Shown here in pieces: positions 11,379-21,681 of a stretch of 64,000 nucleotides of DNA. The stretch is from the NCBI GenBank assembly GCA_050952625.1, contig JBMNLH010000001.1, positions 864,001 through 928,000 on the forward strand. Direction: 5' to 3'. The position numbers were made by a program, and so were the translations under genes. Under the pieces are notes generated by a model. It did not search any database. It was not told the DNA's origin and worked only from the letters and a program-made list of their open reading frames with translations. Within the stretch, counting starts at the first letter, position 1, and the number at the start of each line of letters is the position of its first letter. This DNA comes from Bacillota bacterium. GTDB taxonomy: Bacteria > Bacillota > Ch66 > Ch109.

Positions 11379-12329
11379 ATGCAAGTCCTGAAGGATCCTC
11401 AGGAGATCAGTCGCAGATTAGGCCGGGTGGTAGTTGCTCTCGGTAATTTTGATGGTGTTCATATTGGACATCAGCGGCTCATTCGTCAAATGGTTAGTTA
11501 TGCCCGGAAAATTGAGGCAGCAGCAGTAGTCTGTACTTTTCATCCTCATCCTCTGCAAGTTTTATTTCCGGACAAGGCCCCGCGTCTTTTAATTAGTAAT
11601 GAAAGAAAGATCGAACTAATTTCCCGCCTAGGAGTTGATGCCTTATTAATGTTGCCTTTTGACCGCAGAATGGCCAAGCTATCACCCGAGTTTTTTGTTC
11701 ATGATGTTTTATACCGACAATTAGGCAGTCAAGGGGTATTTGTCGGTTTTAACTTTACTTTTGGCCATCGCGGTGCCGGTACACCTTCTCTCCTCCAAAA
11801 ATTAGGCAAAGAACTAGGGTTTGTAGTTGAGGTGCTTCCCCCGGTCCAGTTAGATGAGACGATTGTCAGTAGTACTGTCGTCCGCCAAGCCCTGGAGGAA
11901 GGTGATATTGGCCGGGCTCGCAGTTACCTCGGTTACTGGCCATCTCTTGAGGGGAGAGTGGTTCTGGGAGACCAAAGAGGGGGGAAAAAAATGGGCTTCC
12001 CTACTGCCAACCTGGATATTAGCCAAGATGTTTTAATCCCAGCTCGTGGAGTTTATGTCGCCCAGGTTAAGGTTGGTGATCAAATCTATGATGGAGTAGT
12101 TAATATCGGTGTTAAACCAACTATTGGCCCGGATTTGCCTCCTACCGTCGAGGTGCACATTCTAGAATTTGCCCAGGTTATTTATGGTGAATGGGTGCAG
12201 TTATCCTTACTGCATCGACTACGGAGTGAGAAAAGGTTTTCCAGTGTCACTGAACTAGTTTCACAAATTAAACGGGATATCGAAGCAGCTAGGACACTTA
12301 GAACTAGTGCTAGGTTTAGCCAGGCATAA
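11379..12329 (+). CDS. ribF: Bifunctional riboflavin kinase / FAD synthetase
   Basis: GNFDGVHIGH, GFPTAN and VEVHIL motifs; SD GAGGAG before ATG 11379. Confidence 0.97.
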   Translation: MQVLKDPQEISRRLGRVVVALGNFDGVHIGHQRLIRQMVSYARKIEAAAVVCTFHPHPLQVLFPDKAPRLLISNERKIELISRLGVDALLMLPFDRRMAKLSPEFFVHDVLYRQLGSQGVFVGFNFTFGHRGAGTPSLLQKLGKELGFVVEVLPPVQLDETIVSSTVVRQALEEGDIGRARSYLGYWPSLEGRVVLGDQRGGKKMGFPTANLDISQDVLIPARGVYVAQVKVGDQIYDGVVNIGVKPTIGPDLPPTVEVHILEFAQVIYGEWVQLSLLHRLRSEKRFSSVTELVSQIKRDIEAARTLRTSARFSQA

Positions 12330-12331
12330 GG

Positions 12332-12360
12332 TTTACATTTCCTGTACCCTATGGTAAAAT
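12332..12360 (+). promoter_or_regulatory. SigA-type promoter upstream of the small-ORF pair and rpsO
   Basis: TTTACA-N17-TAAAAT with TG extension. Confidence 0.6.
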
Positions 12361-12403
12361 GAACTTCGGTAAAGGTTCCGAATCCTGGGGAGGGAGAGTA
12401 CGG

Positions 12404-12628
12404 GTGACTTTACCGGTAATGGATGAGCGACATCAGGAACTCAAAAGGATAGTCAGTTTAATTGCCCTTATCTGTTTGAGTGAAGAGTTTATGGCACTGC
12501 GTAAGGAGCTAGAATCTCTTTATCTTAAGCATGGCAATGAATCGGCCCCTGTTTTGGCCTTTCAAGACGCTCTTTATTCCTTGATAGCTCAGGAAGAAAT
12601 AGACTTTTTACGAGTTAAAGCGTTTTAA
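12404..12628 (+). CDS. Small helical hypothetical protein
   Basis: GGGAGGGAG SD before GTG 12404. The track start at 12359 overlaps the promoter -10 element. Confidence 0.7.
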   Translation: MTLPVMDERHQELKRIVSLIALICLSEEFMALRKELESLYLKHGNESAPVLAFQDALYSLIAQEEIDFLRVKAF

Positions 12629-12648
12629 ATAACCGGGGGTGATACCCG

Positions 12649-12870
12649 GTGAGAATTATTATTACTGAGCATGCCAAAAAAAGGCTACGCGATCTGCGAC
12701 AGGACCGGATTTTACAGTCAGACATAATGATCGCGGCACTAGAGATTCCCGGTCATATTCCGTCAGCTACTCGTTTTCGAGGGTTTATCGCCCGATCAGG
12801 TCGATTATTTGATTTGGTTGTCAAGGACATTCCAGGAGGAAGGTTAGTGATTACGATAATTGGTAAATAG
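12649..12870 (+). CDS. Small basic protein, DUF4258/RelE-like pattern
   Basis: IIITEHAKKRL N-terminus and LVITII C-terminal strand; SD GGGGGTG. Confidence 0.7.
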   Translation: MRIIITEHAKKRLRDLRQDRILQSDIMIAALEIPGHIPSATRFRGFIARSGRLFDLVVKDIPGGRLVITIIGK

Positions 12871-12903
12871 ACATAAAGTTGGGAAGACTTTTCACAATGG
12901 TGC

Positions 12904-12986
12904 TGAACCGTGATCTAGGGTTGCTGAATCTCCGGCGGCTTCCTTGGACACTGGCGATTTAAGAGAAGGAGGTGACTTTACTGATG
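12904..12986 (+). promoter_or_regulatory. Ribosomal protein S15 leader (Firmicute type)
   Basis: GAACC..CTAGG..CCGGCG..CCTTGG..TGGCGATT directly upstream of the rpsO SD, matching the remembered S15-leader pattern. Confidence 0.7.
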
Positions 12987-13253
12987 ACGCTTAGTCTCGA
13001 AGAAAAACAAGCCTTGATTGAGTCATATAGACTTCACGAGAATGATACCGGGTCACCAGAAGTGCAGATTGCTATCTTGACTCAACGAATCAACAGCCTG
13101 ACCGATCATCTGAGGATTCATCGCAAGGATCATCATTCACGGCGAGGTCTTTTGAAAATGGTTGGTCAAAGACGGGGCTTGTTAAACTATTTAAAGAATT
13201 CAGATGTTGAGAGATATCGAACGCTTATTGGCCGACTTGGGTTGCGCCGGTAA
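12984..13253 (+). CDS. rpsO: 30S ribosomal protein S15
   Basis: [13 protein letters not shown] and [17 protein letters not shown]; SD AAGGAGGTG before ATG 12984. Confidence 0.99.
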   Translation: MTLSLEEKQALIESYRLHENDTGSPEVQIAILTQRINSLTDHLRIHRKDHHSRRGLLKMVGQRRGLLNYLKNSDVERYRTLIGRLGLRR

Positions 13254-13275
13254 ATTATGCAGACAATAACCTTCT

Positions 13276-13301
13276 AAAAAGGGCGGACAGCCGCTCTTTT
13301 T
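13276..13301 (+). terminator. Intrinsic terminator after rpsO
   Basis: AAAAAGGGCGG-acag-CCGCTCTTTTT. Confidence 0.75.
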
Positions 13302-13437
13302 AATTGTCTGGGTGAGGGATAGCATAAAGGTTAGAATTAAGGTTAATTAAATTGACTAATCGCTGGAAATACTACATATTAAAAACGCTGTAAAATTTCC
13401 AGGATAGTTAGAAAAAAGAATAGGGTAAAGGAGGAAA

Positions 13438-15567
13438 ATGTCCGTGGATACATTTTCCACAGTTTTAGGGGGACGTCCCCTAATTATTGAAGCGGGAAAA
13501 ATGGCCAAGCAAGCCAGTGGAGCAGTTCTGATACGTTACGGGGAAACGGTGGTTCTAGTAACTGCTACGGCATCTGCTGAACCTCGAGAAGGAATAGATT
13601 TTTTCCCCATGACAGTTGACTATGAAGAGAGACTCTACGCTGTTGGTAAGATTCCCGGTGGATTTATAAAACGTGAAGGAAGACCTTCAGAGGCAGCCAT
13701 TCTTTCGGCTAGGTTGATAGATCGACCACTGCGGCCTTTATTCCCCAAAGGGTTTCGGAATGACGTCCATATCGTCGCTACCGTAATGTCGGTTGATCAG
13801 GACAATGCACCAGATGTAACGGCCATGATTGGGGCTTCTTGTGCGCTTACTCTATCGGATATCCCGTTTATGGGCCCTATCGCCGGTGTTGCGGTCGGTC
13901 GAGTTGATGGTCAGTTTGTGATTAACCCGACTCAGGAACAGATTACTAAATCCGAGATGTACCTGGTCGTGGCCGGTACCAAAGACGCGGTAATGATGGT
14001 TGAAGCAGGGGCTAAAGAAGTGCCCGAGGAAATTATGTTGGATGCCATTATGTTTGGCCACGAAACTATTAAGGAATTGGTTGCTTTTCAAGAAGAAATG
14101 GGCATGGCTATTGGCAAGCCCAAACGACAAGTGCCGTTATATGAGATCCCCGAGGAGATTGATTTGGCGGTTCGGGAATATGCTGAAGAAAAGCTTAACC
14201 AAGCGGTTCGTAATTCAGACAAATTACTCCGGGAAGAATTAATTCAAGCAGTGAAAAAAGAGACAGTAGAGCATTTTTCTTTGGTTTTTCCAGAAAAGGA
14301 AAAACTGGTTAAGGATGTTCTGGAGAAGATCCTAAAACAACTGGTGCGAAAGATGATTACCCTGGAGCGGATTCGGCCAGATGGCCGTAAGCTGGATGAA
14401 ATCAGGAAGATAACTACCGAAGTAGGGATTTTGCCAAGAACACATGGATCGGGCTTATTTACCCGTGGACAAACCCAGGTATTAACGATTTGTACCTTGG
14501 GAGCATTGGGGGATATCCAAATATTAGATGGCTTAGGGGCGATTGAATCCAAACGGTATATGCATCACTACAATATGCCGCCTTACAGCGTTGGGGAAAC
14601 CCGGCCAATGCGGGGACCAGGCCGTCGGGAAATAGGCCATGGTGCTTTGGCCGAAAGAGCCCTTGAACCAATGATTCCTTCTGAGAATGAGTTTCCTTAT
14701 ACTATCCGTCTAGTATCAGAGGTAATTGAGTCAAATGGCTCGACCTCAATGGGCAGTGTCTGTGGCAGTACCTTGGCTCTACTGGATGCTGGGGTTCCGA
14801 TAAAAGCCCCGGTAGCTGGTATTGCGATGGGTTTAGTTAAAGAAGAAAATGAGTACGCAATTTTAAGTGATATTCAGGGAATTGAAGATGCCTTAGGTGA
14901 TATGGATTTCAAGGTGGCCGGTACGCAGACTGGGGTTACCGCTCTCCAAATGGATATCAAGATTGCCGGTGTTAGTCGGGAAATTTTAGAAACAGCCTTG
15001 CGTCAGGCGCGGGACGGTCGAATGTTCATTATGGGCAAAATGCTAGAAACAATATCTGAACCTAGAGCAGAATTGTCGACCTATGCTCCGCGAATTATCA
15101 GTTTTACGATTGACCCAGATAAGATTCGGGAAGTGATTGGTCCCGGGGGCAAGATGATTAAAAAAATCATCGAACAAACGGGTGTATCGATTGATATTGA
15201 GGATGACGGGCGAGTATTTATCGCTTCACCGAACCAGGTTGCCGCCGGTCAAGCAGCTTCAATTATTCAGAACTTAATTCAGGATGTTGAAGTTGGTAAA
15301 GTTTATCTGGGCAAAGTCGTCCGTTTAATGGATTTTGGAGCTTTTGTGGAGATTATTCCTGGAGTTATGGGAATGCAGGGCAAAGAAGGCCTCGTGCATA
15401 TTTCTCAGTTGGCGGAAGAAAGAGTCGCCCGGGTCCGAGACGTGGTCAAGGAAGGTGACGAAATACTGGTCAAAGTAACAGAAATCGATCGTCAGGGAAG
15501 AGTGAATCTATCTCGTAAAGAAGTCTTGCGGGGCCAGCGAAAGGCAAGAGATAAAGAAAAGCCGTAG
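13438..15567 (+). CDS. pnp: Polyribonucleotide nucleotidyltransferase
   Basis: Two RNase PH domains ([27 protein letters not shown]) plus KH and S1 domains. Confidence 0.99.
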   Translation: MSVDTFSTVLGGRPLIIEAGKMAKQASGAVLIRYGETVVLVTATASAEPREGIDFFPMTVDYEERLYAVGKIPGGFIKREGRPSEAAILSARLIDRPLRPLFPKGFRNDVHIVATVMSVDQDNAPDVTAMIGASCALTLSDIPFMGPIAGVAVGRVDGQFVINPTQEQITKSEMYLVVAGTKDAVMMVEAGAKEVPEEIMLDAIMFGHETIKELVAFQEEMGMAIGKPKRQVPLYEIPEEIDLAVREYAEEKLNQAVRNSDKLLREELIQAVKKETVEHFSLVFPEKEKLVKDVLEKILKQLVRKMITLERIRPDGRKLDEIRKITTEVGILPRTHGSGLFTRGQTQVLTICTLGALGDIQILDGLGAIESKRYMHHYNMPPYSVGETRPMRGPGRREIGHGALAERALEPMIPSENEFPYTIRLVSEVIESNGSTSMGSVCGSTLALLDAGVPIKAPVAGIAMGLVKEENEYAILSDIQGIEDALGDMDFKVAGTQTGVTALQMDIKIAGVSREILETALRQARDGRMFIMGKMLETISEPRAELSTYAPRIISFTIDPDKIREVIGPGGKMIKKIIEQTGVSIDIEDDGRVFIASPNQVAAGQAASIIQNLIQDVEVGKVYLGKVVRLMDFGAFVEIIPGVMGMQGKEGLVHISQLAEERVARVRDVVKEGDEILVKVTEIDRQGRVNLSRKEVLRGQRKARDKEKP

Positions 15568-15695
15568 GATAAATCATTTTACTGCGACAATTAACTTACT
15601 CAGACAACCAATAGGTCCCCTATTAATAAACCGAGTTTCTCGGTTTATATTTATTTTCTGTATGGCATATACTTGGGTAAGAGAGGTGGGGCCTG

Positions 15696-16427
15696 ATGGG
15701 AAGCCAGCAAGAAAAGAAAACAGCTGTTTTTTTATTACTAACGGTCATCCTGCTGTTGGTTGGTTCCAGTCTCGTCTGGCTCCGGCTTTCGAAAGAAATA
15801 ATGACTACCTCTAGTGGAGCTCAGCCGTTTTATAATGGTCGAACCGGCCAAAAAGTGGTTGCGCTGATGTTTAATGTTGATTGGGGCGAAGAATACCTAC
15901 CATCAATTCTTGAGATACTTAAGGAAAATCAAGCGGTAGCTTCCTTTATGCTTACCGGGCGTTGGGCGAAATTGCAGCCCGATCTCGTTCGAAGAATAGC
16001 GGTCGAAGGGCATGAAATTGGTAACCATAGTTATTCACACTGTCACCCAAATCAATTGGGCCGCAGTGAGTTAGAAGAGGAAATTCAACGAACCCAGGCC
16101 ATTATCAGTGAGATAACCGGTAAACTGCCACAGGTATTTGCTCCCCCTTACGGGGAGTATAATCAGCGTGTCTTAGATACAGCCAGTACCTTAGGTCTCC
16201 CGGTTATTATGTGGACTTTGGATACGATTGATTGGCGACGACCCAGTGCCTCTACTATTGTGGAACGAGTAACCGCTAGGGTTCAGCCAGATTGCCTCAT
16301 ACTCATGCATCCTACTGAACCAACTGTTCAAGCTTTACCCCATATCCTTACCTTCTTAAAAGAGCAGGGATACAATCTGGTATCTGTATCCGATATTATT
16401 GTGGAGGGAGGCCGAGTCAATCAATAA
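15696..16427 (+). CDS. Polysaccharide deacetylase (YlxY-like, membrane-anchored)
   Basis: N-terminal TM segment, HEIGNHSYSH, FAPPYG and ILMHP; synteny after pnp. Confidence 0.9.
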   Translation: MGSQQEKKTAVFLLLTVILLLVGSSLVWLRLSKEIMTTSSGAQPFYNGRTGQKVVALMFNVDWGEEYLPSILEILKENQAVASFMLTGRWAKLQPDLVRRIAVEGHEIGNHSYSHCHPNQLGRSELEEEIQRTQAIISEITGKLPQVFAPPYGEYNQRVLDTASTLGLPVIMWTLDTIDWRRPSASTIVERVTARVQPDCLILMHPTEPTVQALPHILTFLKEQGYNLVSVSDIIVEGGRVNQ

Positions 16428-17616
16428 ATTTGATTATGTACTAAGGCGTTACCACTTATTTTGGTTTAGTTGGGTTTTTAAATTTATTTTTATTTCTTTG
16501 TATCTATTTACTTGGGTATTGGTCGGACCAGTTTTGGCTGAACCAGCAGTTTCAGAACAGCCGGCCTTAATGCCGCCGGCTCCTCGCTTAACCGCGGAAG
16601 CAGCCGTGTTGATTGAGGGATCAAGTGGTCAGGTAATCTTTGAAAAGAATGCCTATCAAGCTCGTCCACCAGCCAGTACGACTAAGATAATGGCCACCTT
16701 AATTGCTCTGGAAAGAGCCAACCTGAATGACTTAGTAACGATTGGGCCTCGCGCACCCCGAGCCGGTGGTTCGACTATTGGTTTACGCTCTGGACAAGTG
16801 TATCCTTTGGGGGAACTGTTAGAAGGAGCCCTAATTCCTTCCGGGAATGACGCTTGTGTGGCGATCGGCGAGTATATTGGGGAAAATGAAAGCCACTTTG
16901 TGCAATTAATGAACCAAAAGGCAATATCCCTGGGGGCCAGAAACACTTATTTTCGAAATACTAATGGAATGCCGGTAAAAGGTCACTACAGCACAGCCTA
17001 TGATTTAGCCCTTATCGCTCGTTACGCTTTGCGCAATTCTGAATTTGCCCGAATCGTAAGCAGTCAGTATGCAACTGTATCGCCGGTTGAGGATAGTAGT
17101 TCGGTTCAAAAAGGTGGGTTGTCCATTAAAAACACTAATGCTCTGCTTTGGAGTTATCCCGGAGCAGATGGGGTCAAAACTGGAACTACTCAGGCCGCTG
17201 GTAAATGCTTAGTCGCCTCAGCCACTCGAGACGGAAGACAATTGATTGCCGTGGTACTTAAGAGTCACGACCGGTTTGGAGATTCCGCCCGTCTCCTGGA
17301 TTATGGCTTTCAAAACTTCGTTCGAGTTGGCGTAATTAATCCGGGAGAGATTGTGGCTATAGTCCCGATCGAAAAAGGCAATCCCAGCACGGTAGAGGCG
17401 GTAGCTCAAGCACAGCTTGAGCTTACAGTTCCTAACCAGCAGGCTGGCCAGATAGAAACAGTTATTAATGTGGATGAGCACTTGCGGGCACCGCTTCAAG
17501 CAGGGACCAAAGTGGGGGAAGTCATTCTCACCTGTGAAGGAAAAGAATTGCAAAAGGTGCCGCTAATAACCAGTCAGACGGTAATGAAAAATGCCCCATG
17601 GTGGGAGCTTTGGTAA
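16399..17616 (+). CDS. D-alanyl-D-alanine carboxypeptidase (peptidase S11; start uncertain)
   Basis: PASTTK (SxxK), SGN and KTG motifs; signal-peptide-like N-terminus; PBP5 C-terminal domain. Confidence 0.92.
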   Translation: MWREAESINKFDYVLRRYHLFWFSWVFKFIFISLYLFTWVLVGPVLAEPAVSEQPALMPPAPRLTAEAAVLIEGSSGQVIFEKNAYQARPPASTTKIMATLIALERANLNDLVTIGPRAPRAGGSTIGLRSGQVYPLGELLEGALIPSGNDACVAIGEYIGENESHFVQLMNQKAISLGARNTYFRNTNGMPVKGHYSTAYDLALIARYALRNSEFARIVSSQYATVSPVEDSSSVQKGGLSIKNTNALLWSYPGADGVKTGTTQAAGKCLVASATRDGRQLIAVVLKSHDRFGDSARLLDYGFQNFVRVGVINPGEIVAIVPIEKGNPSTVEAVAQAQLELTVPNQQAGQIETVINVDEHLRAPLQAGTKVGEVILTCEGKELQKVPLITSQTVMKNAPWWELW

Positions 17617-17683
17617 TAAAATGGGATTGAACTGGAACCCGGCTAACGCTATGATTAAGGAGAGTTAGAAGGAGGAAGGTTCA

Positions 17684-18970
17684 ATGTTGAATTACCGTAA
17701 AAATGTGCTGAATAACGGAGTCAGGATATTAACCGAAGAGATTCCGCATGTACGATCAATATCTTTAGGACTATGGGTTCGGTCAGGCTCTCGGGATGAA
17801 GACGAGGCGACGAGCGGCATCAGTCACTTTATTGAGCATATGATGTTTAAAGGTACTGAAAAGAGAACTGCCCGGCAAATTGGAGAAGCTTTAGAAGCGG
17901 TTGGTGGACAGTTAAATGCCTTTACCACTAAAGAGTATACTTGTTACTACGCTCGAGTATTGGACGAGCATCTGGATCTAGCTATTGATGTCCTGAGTGA
18001 TATGTTTTTTAATTCTCGTTTTAATCCTAATGATATCGACACAGAACGTCGAGTGGTTTTGGAAGAAATCAGTATGTATGAAGATTCTCCTGATGAATTA
18101 ATCCATGATTTATTCGCTCGGACGGTTTGGGCGGGTCACCCTTTGGGCCGGCCTATTCTAGGCTCAATCAAGACTGTTCAATCTATTACTCGGGAGACCT
18201 TGCTGGAACACTTGAATTATCATTATTCCCCTAATCGTTTGGTAATTGCGGCGGCTGGACGAGTTACTCACGATTCACTAGTTGAGAAACTTCAACCTCT
18301 ATTTGAGAGTTGGAATCCGCCAAATTTAACCCCGGTGAACCAGAAAGCACCCCGACCTCAAGCCGGGCTGGTTAATCAGAAAAAAGATACAGAACAGGTC
18401 CATTTATGTTTGGGAGTCCCTGGTTTACGGCAAGACGATAAACGGCTTTATACCTTACACGTCCTCAATAATGTACTGGGAGGCGGAGTAAGTTCCCGGC
18501 TTTTCCAGGAGATACGAGAACAGCGGGGATTAGCCTATTCAGTTTTTTCGTATCACTCAGCCTACCGTGATAGTGGTCTATTGGGAATCTATGCTGGAAC
18601 CAGCCCAGCTAATGTTGAGCAGGTTCTTGATCTGTTGATTCGGGAAATCAGCCAAATCCGGAGCCAGGGAATTAAGCTTGATGAACTTCAACGAACTAAG
18701 GATCAAATCAAAGGCAGCGTGTACCTTAGCCTGGAGAGCGTTAGCAATCGCATGACCCGACTAGGGAAAACTGAATTATGTCTTGATCGAGTCATTGATC
18801 CGGACGAAGTTATCGAGAAAGTTGACGCTATCCAACAAGAAGATGTGCTTGCCTTAGCGGCTGAGATTTTTAAACCAGAAAATTTTGCGGCAGTGACTAT
18901 TGGTCCAGAGGACCAGCTCATTAGTTTAAGTCGATTTCAGTCGGGTCAAACAATCGGTAAAAATCGGTAA
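17684..18970 (+). CDS. M16 family zinc peptidase (YmxG/MlpA-like)
   Basis: HFIEH inverted zincin motif, NAFTTKEYT and SRLFQEIREQRGLAY. Confidence 0.95.
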   Translation: MLNYRKNVLNNGVRILTEEIPHVRSISLGLWVRSGSRDEDEATSGISHFIEHMMFKGTEKRTARQIGEALEAVGGQLNAFTTKEYTCYYARVLDEHLDLAIDVLSDMFFNSRFNPNDIDTERRVVLEEISMYEDSPDELIHDLFARTVWAGHPLGRPILGSIKTVQSITRETLLEHLNYHYSPNRLVIAAAGRVTHDSLVEKLQPLFESWNPPNLTPVNQKAPRPQAGLVNQKKDTEQVHLCLGVPGLRQDDKRLYTLHVLNNVLGGGVSSRLFQEIREQRGLAYSVFSYHSAYRDSGLLGIYAGTSPANVEQVLDLLIREISQIRSQGIKLDELQRTKDQIKGSVYLSLESVSNRMTRLGKTELCLDRVIDPDEVIEKVDAIQQEDVLALAAEIFKPENFAAVTIGPEDQLISLSRFQSGQTIGKNR

Positions 18971-19055
18971 TAATATTGGCCAAGTTTTCATAAGCTCTAA
19001 TCATAAGGGAACCGTTTCCTAAAGAAGATATTAGATTGCGGTGGGGGTTGGTCGA

Positions 19056-19325
19056 ATGAGGATGAGTGAGTTGATTGGCAAAGAGATAATTAATCTCTAT
19101 GATGGCGGTCGGCTTGGTACAGTAGGAGAATCAGATCTAGTCATTGATTTAGAGTCGGGTCGAGTTCAGTCTTTAGTCCTGCCCAGTAAAACTAATATCT
19201 TGAGTTTTTGGGGCGACCAGCAGCAAATGATAATTCCCTGGGAAGCGGTCAAGAAGATTGGCTCAGAAGTGATTATTGTTGAACTTGACCGGACCAATTT
19301 ACGCGGAAAACGGTATATGTTGTAA
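19056..19325 (+). CDS. YlmC/YmxH family PRC-barrel sporulation protein
   Basis: MRMSELIGKEIINL and IPWEAVKKIGSEVIIV. Confidence 0.92.
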   Translation: MRMSELIGKEIINLYDGGRLGTVGESDLVIDLESGRVQSLVLPSKTNILSFWGDQQQMIIPWEAVKKIGSEVIIVELDRTNLRGKRYML

Positions 19326-19365
19326 ACCTGTTCAGTATTATTAACCGATTTGAAGTCGGATTAAT

Positions 19366-19392
19366 AACCCGGAATAAATACCGGGTTTTTTA
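19366..19392 (+). terminator. Intrinsic terminator
   Basis: AACCCGG-N8-CCGGGTT followed by a T-run. Confidence 0.7.
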
Positions 19393-19459
19393 TTTTATTT
19401 GACAAGATACAGCAATTATACGACAATTAAAAATTGAAGATTATCTAGGAGGAAAAAGC

Positions 19460-20266
19460 ATGGGAGACAAAATAAGGGTAGTCGTGGCGGGTGCCTATGG
19501 CAAAATGGGTCGAGAAGTTGTCAAGGCGGTTTTACACGACAAAGCTTTAGAACTGGTTGGTGCGGTTGATGTTAAAGGTCGAGGAACTGATTTGGGTACT
19601 CTGGTAGGGGAAGCTCCGATTGGCCAGGAGATATCCGGAGAATTAGAAATTTTATTAAAACAGAACCGCCCTCATGTGCTTATTGATTTTACCAATCCTC
19701 AATCTGTATTGCGAAATATTCATACAGCTCTTGACAATCAAACATGCTCAGTGGTGGGAACTACCGGACTGACTGCTGAAGAATTACAAGAGATTGACCA
19801 TAAAGCCAAAGAGAAAGCTCTGGGCGTATTCGTCGCACCTAATTTTGCTTTAGGAGCTGTTCTAATGATGAAGTTTGCTCGGGAGACGGCTCGCTATTTC
19901 CCTCATGTTGAGATAATCGAATTACATCATGACCAAAAAGTAGATGCTCCATCCGGAACCTCTTTGCGGACAGTGGACCTTATCTCAGAAAAACGACCGG
20001 TTTTTCGTCAAGGGGCAATCAATGAATATGAAAAGGTAGCCGGGGCCCGAGGTGGAGAAATCAACGGAATTCGGGTACACAGTGTACGTCTCCCCGGTTT
20101 TATCGCCCATCAAGAAGTTATTTTTGGTGGTCTTGGTCAGATTCTTACCTTACGGCATGACTCAATTAATCGAGAATGTTTTATGCCAGGAGTACTGTTA
20201 GCTGTTCATAAGGTTGGACAATTACACGGTTTAGTGGTTGGCTTGGAAGAGTTGTTAGATGATTGA
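19460..20266 (+). CDS. dapB: 4-hydroxy-tetrahydrodipicolinate reductase
   Basis: GAYGKMG, VGTTG and ELHHDQKVDAPSGT motifs. Confidence 0.97.
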   Translation: MGDKIRVVVAGAYGKMGREVVKAVLHDKALELVGAVDVKGRGTDLGTLVGEAPIGQEISGELEILLKQNRPHVLIDFTNPQSVLRNIHTALDNQTCSVVGTTGLTAEELQEIDHKAKEKALGVFVAPNFALGAVLMMKFARETARYFPHVEIIELHHDQKVDAPSGTSLRTVDLISEKRPVFRQGAINEYEKVAGARGGEINGIRVHSVRLPGFIAHQEVIFGGLGQILTLRHDSINRECFMPGVLLAVHKVGQLHGLVVGLEELLDD

Positions 20267-20295
20267 TATTTAAGAAGGCTATTTGTGAATTGAGT

Positions 20296-20323
20296 CACCG
20301 TTTTGGTCAGATTGCCATATACT
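20296..20323 (+). promoter_or_regulatory. SigK-type promoter of dpaA
   Basis: CACC-N16-CATATACT matches the SigK consensus; spoVF is SigK-controlled in Bacillus. Confidence 0.7.
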
Positions 20324-20428
20324 GCTTATGAGAGTTGGTTAGCTAAGTGATAGCCAGGGTCAGTCGCAATGTGTTGTAACATTACATTTACTAGATTCAC
20401 ATGGCTTTAGTTAAGGGAGGCAACCGTT

Positions 20429-21346
20429 TTGAACCTAAAAGGGATTCAAGTAGCGGTTTTAGGTGGAGATGACCGCGAATTGATACTAATACCGGAATTG
20501 GTTAAAATGGGAGCTAGAGTAATGGTAGTCGGATTTCCTCAACGCCCTGAACTGGCCGGCGCGCAGCTAGTAGACACACTGGAGGAGGCTCTGATAGGAG
20601 CCCAAGCTGTAGTTATGCCGATGCCAGGGACTGATGATAAAGGAAATATTCGAGCTGTTTATTCGGAAAAGAAACTAGAGTTAACAGAAAAATTGGTAAG
20701 AAGGCTTCCGCCGCAGACAACAGTAATAATCGGGGTGGCCCGATCTTTTTTAAAAGAGTGGGCGGTTAAGTACCGTCTAAACTTAATAGAGATTGCAGAA
20801 ATGGACCATATCGCTATTTTAAACTCTATTCCGTCCGCCGAAGGGGCTATTCAGATTGCTATGGAAAATGTACCGATTACCATACACGGTAGTCAATCCT
20901 GGGTATTAGGGTTTGGCCGGGTAGGAAAGACATTGGCCCGAATGCTTCAAGGATTAGGAGCATTTACAACGGTTTGTGCTCGAAACCCAGCTGATTTGGC
21001 GCGGATCTGGGAAATGGGTTATCGGGGGATTACTTTTGATCAAATGTCGGAAAAAATCGAGAAAGCCGATATTATCTTTAATACTGTGCCAGCTATGGTA
21101 TTAAACAAGGAAGTGCTATTAAAGTGTAGCCCGGAAGTAGTAATTGTTGATTTGGCTTCGCAGCCTGGCGGAACTGACTTTCAGTGGGCAGATAACTTAG
21201 GAATTAAAGCGATTTTGGCCCCTGGTTTGCCGGGAAAAGTAGCTCCCCGAACAGCCGGTAAAATACTAGCCCAAGTAGTTCCGGATCTAATAATTGAGGG
21301 TGTTAGACAAAAATTAGAAAGGCATACGGTATCTGAAGCAACCTGA
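20429..21346 (+). CDS. dpaA: Dipicolinate synthase subunit A (SpoVFA)
   Basis: LGGDDR, NSIPSAEGAI, DLASQPGGTDF and APGLPGKVAP motifs. Confidence 0.97.
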   Translation: MNLKGIQVAVLGGDDRELILIPELVKMGARVMVVGFPQRPELAGAQLVDTLEEALIGAQAVVMPMPGTDDKGNIRAVYSEKKLELTEKLVRRLPPQTTVIIGVARSFLKEWAVKYRLNLIEIAEMDHIAILNSIPSAEGAIQIAMENVPITIHGSQSWVLGFGRVGKTLARMLQGLGAFTTVCARNPADLARIWEMGYRGITFDQMSEKIEKADIIFNTVPAMVLNKEVLLKCSPEVVIVDLASQPGGTDFQWADNLGIKAILAPGLPGKVAPRTAGKILAQVVPDLIIEGVRQKLERHTVSEAT

Positions 21347-21433
21347 TGTTTTCCAAGATTTGTTTTTCAGAGGTAAAAAAGTTCGTTATCTTGAATCCGT
21401 TTTTTTCGACACTCAACTGGGTGTCTTTTTTTG

Positions 21434-21544
21434 TCTGAATGTAAAGACTCCTACTTCTCTAAGGTGCGGTTTACCTTGTTTAAACTTCGGGTGGGTAAAG
21501 TCTCCAGCTGAGGCCTCGATGTTCAGCGAACTGAAGAGGTCACT
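21434..21544 (+). repeat. Dispersed ~110-bp repeat, copy 2
   Basis: TCTGAATGTAAAGACTCCTACTTCTCTAAGGTGCGG...GGCCTCGATGTTCAGCGAACTGAAGAGGTCACT. Confidence 0.85.
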
Positions 21545-21681
21545 ACTTGTGCGCTCAGGACTTGTTTTCACAATAATGTAATGTATATATTGTGAAATAT
21601 TGTTCCTGCCAATGCAGGATTATTCATAATTGAAGTCAAAATGTATTATAGTAAATTGGCCATTGAAAAGGGGGTAAGCCG

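Noticed and set aside
21360-21581. 73-aa ORF after dpaA
   Set aside because: It reads through the non-coding 110-bp repeat and has no SD.
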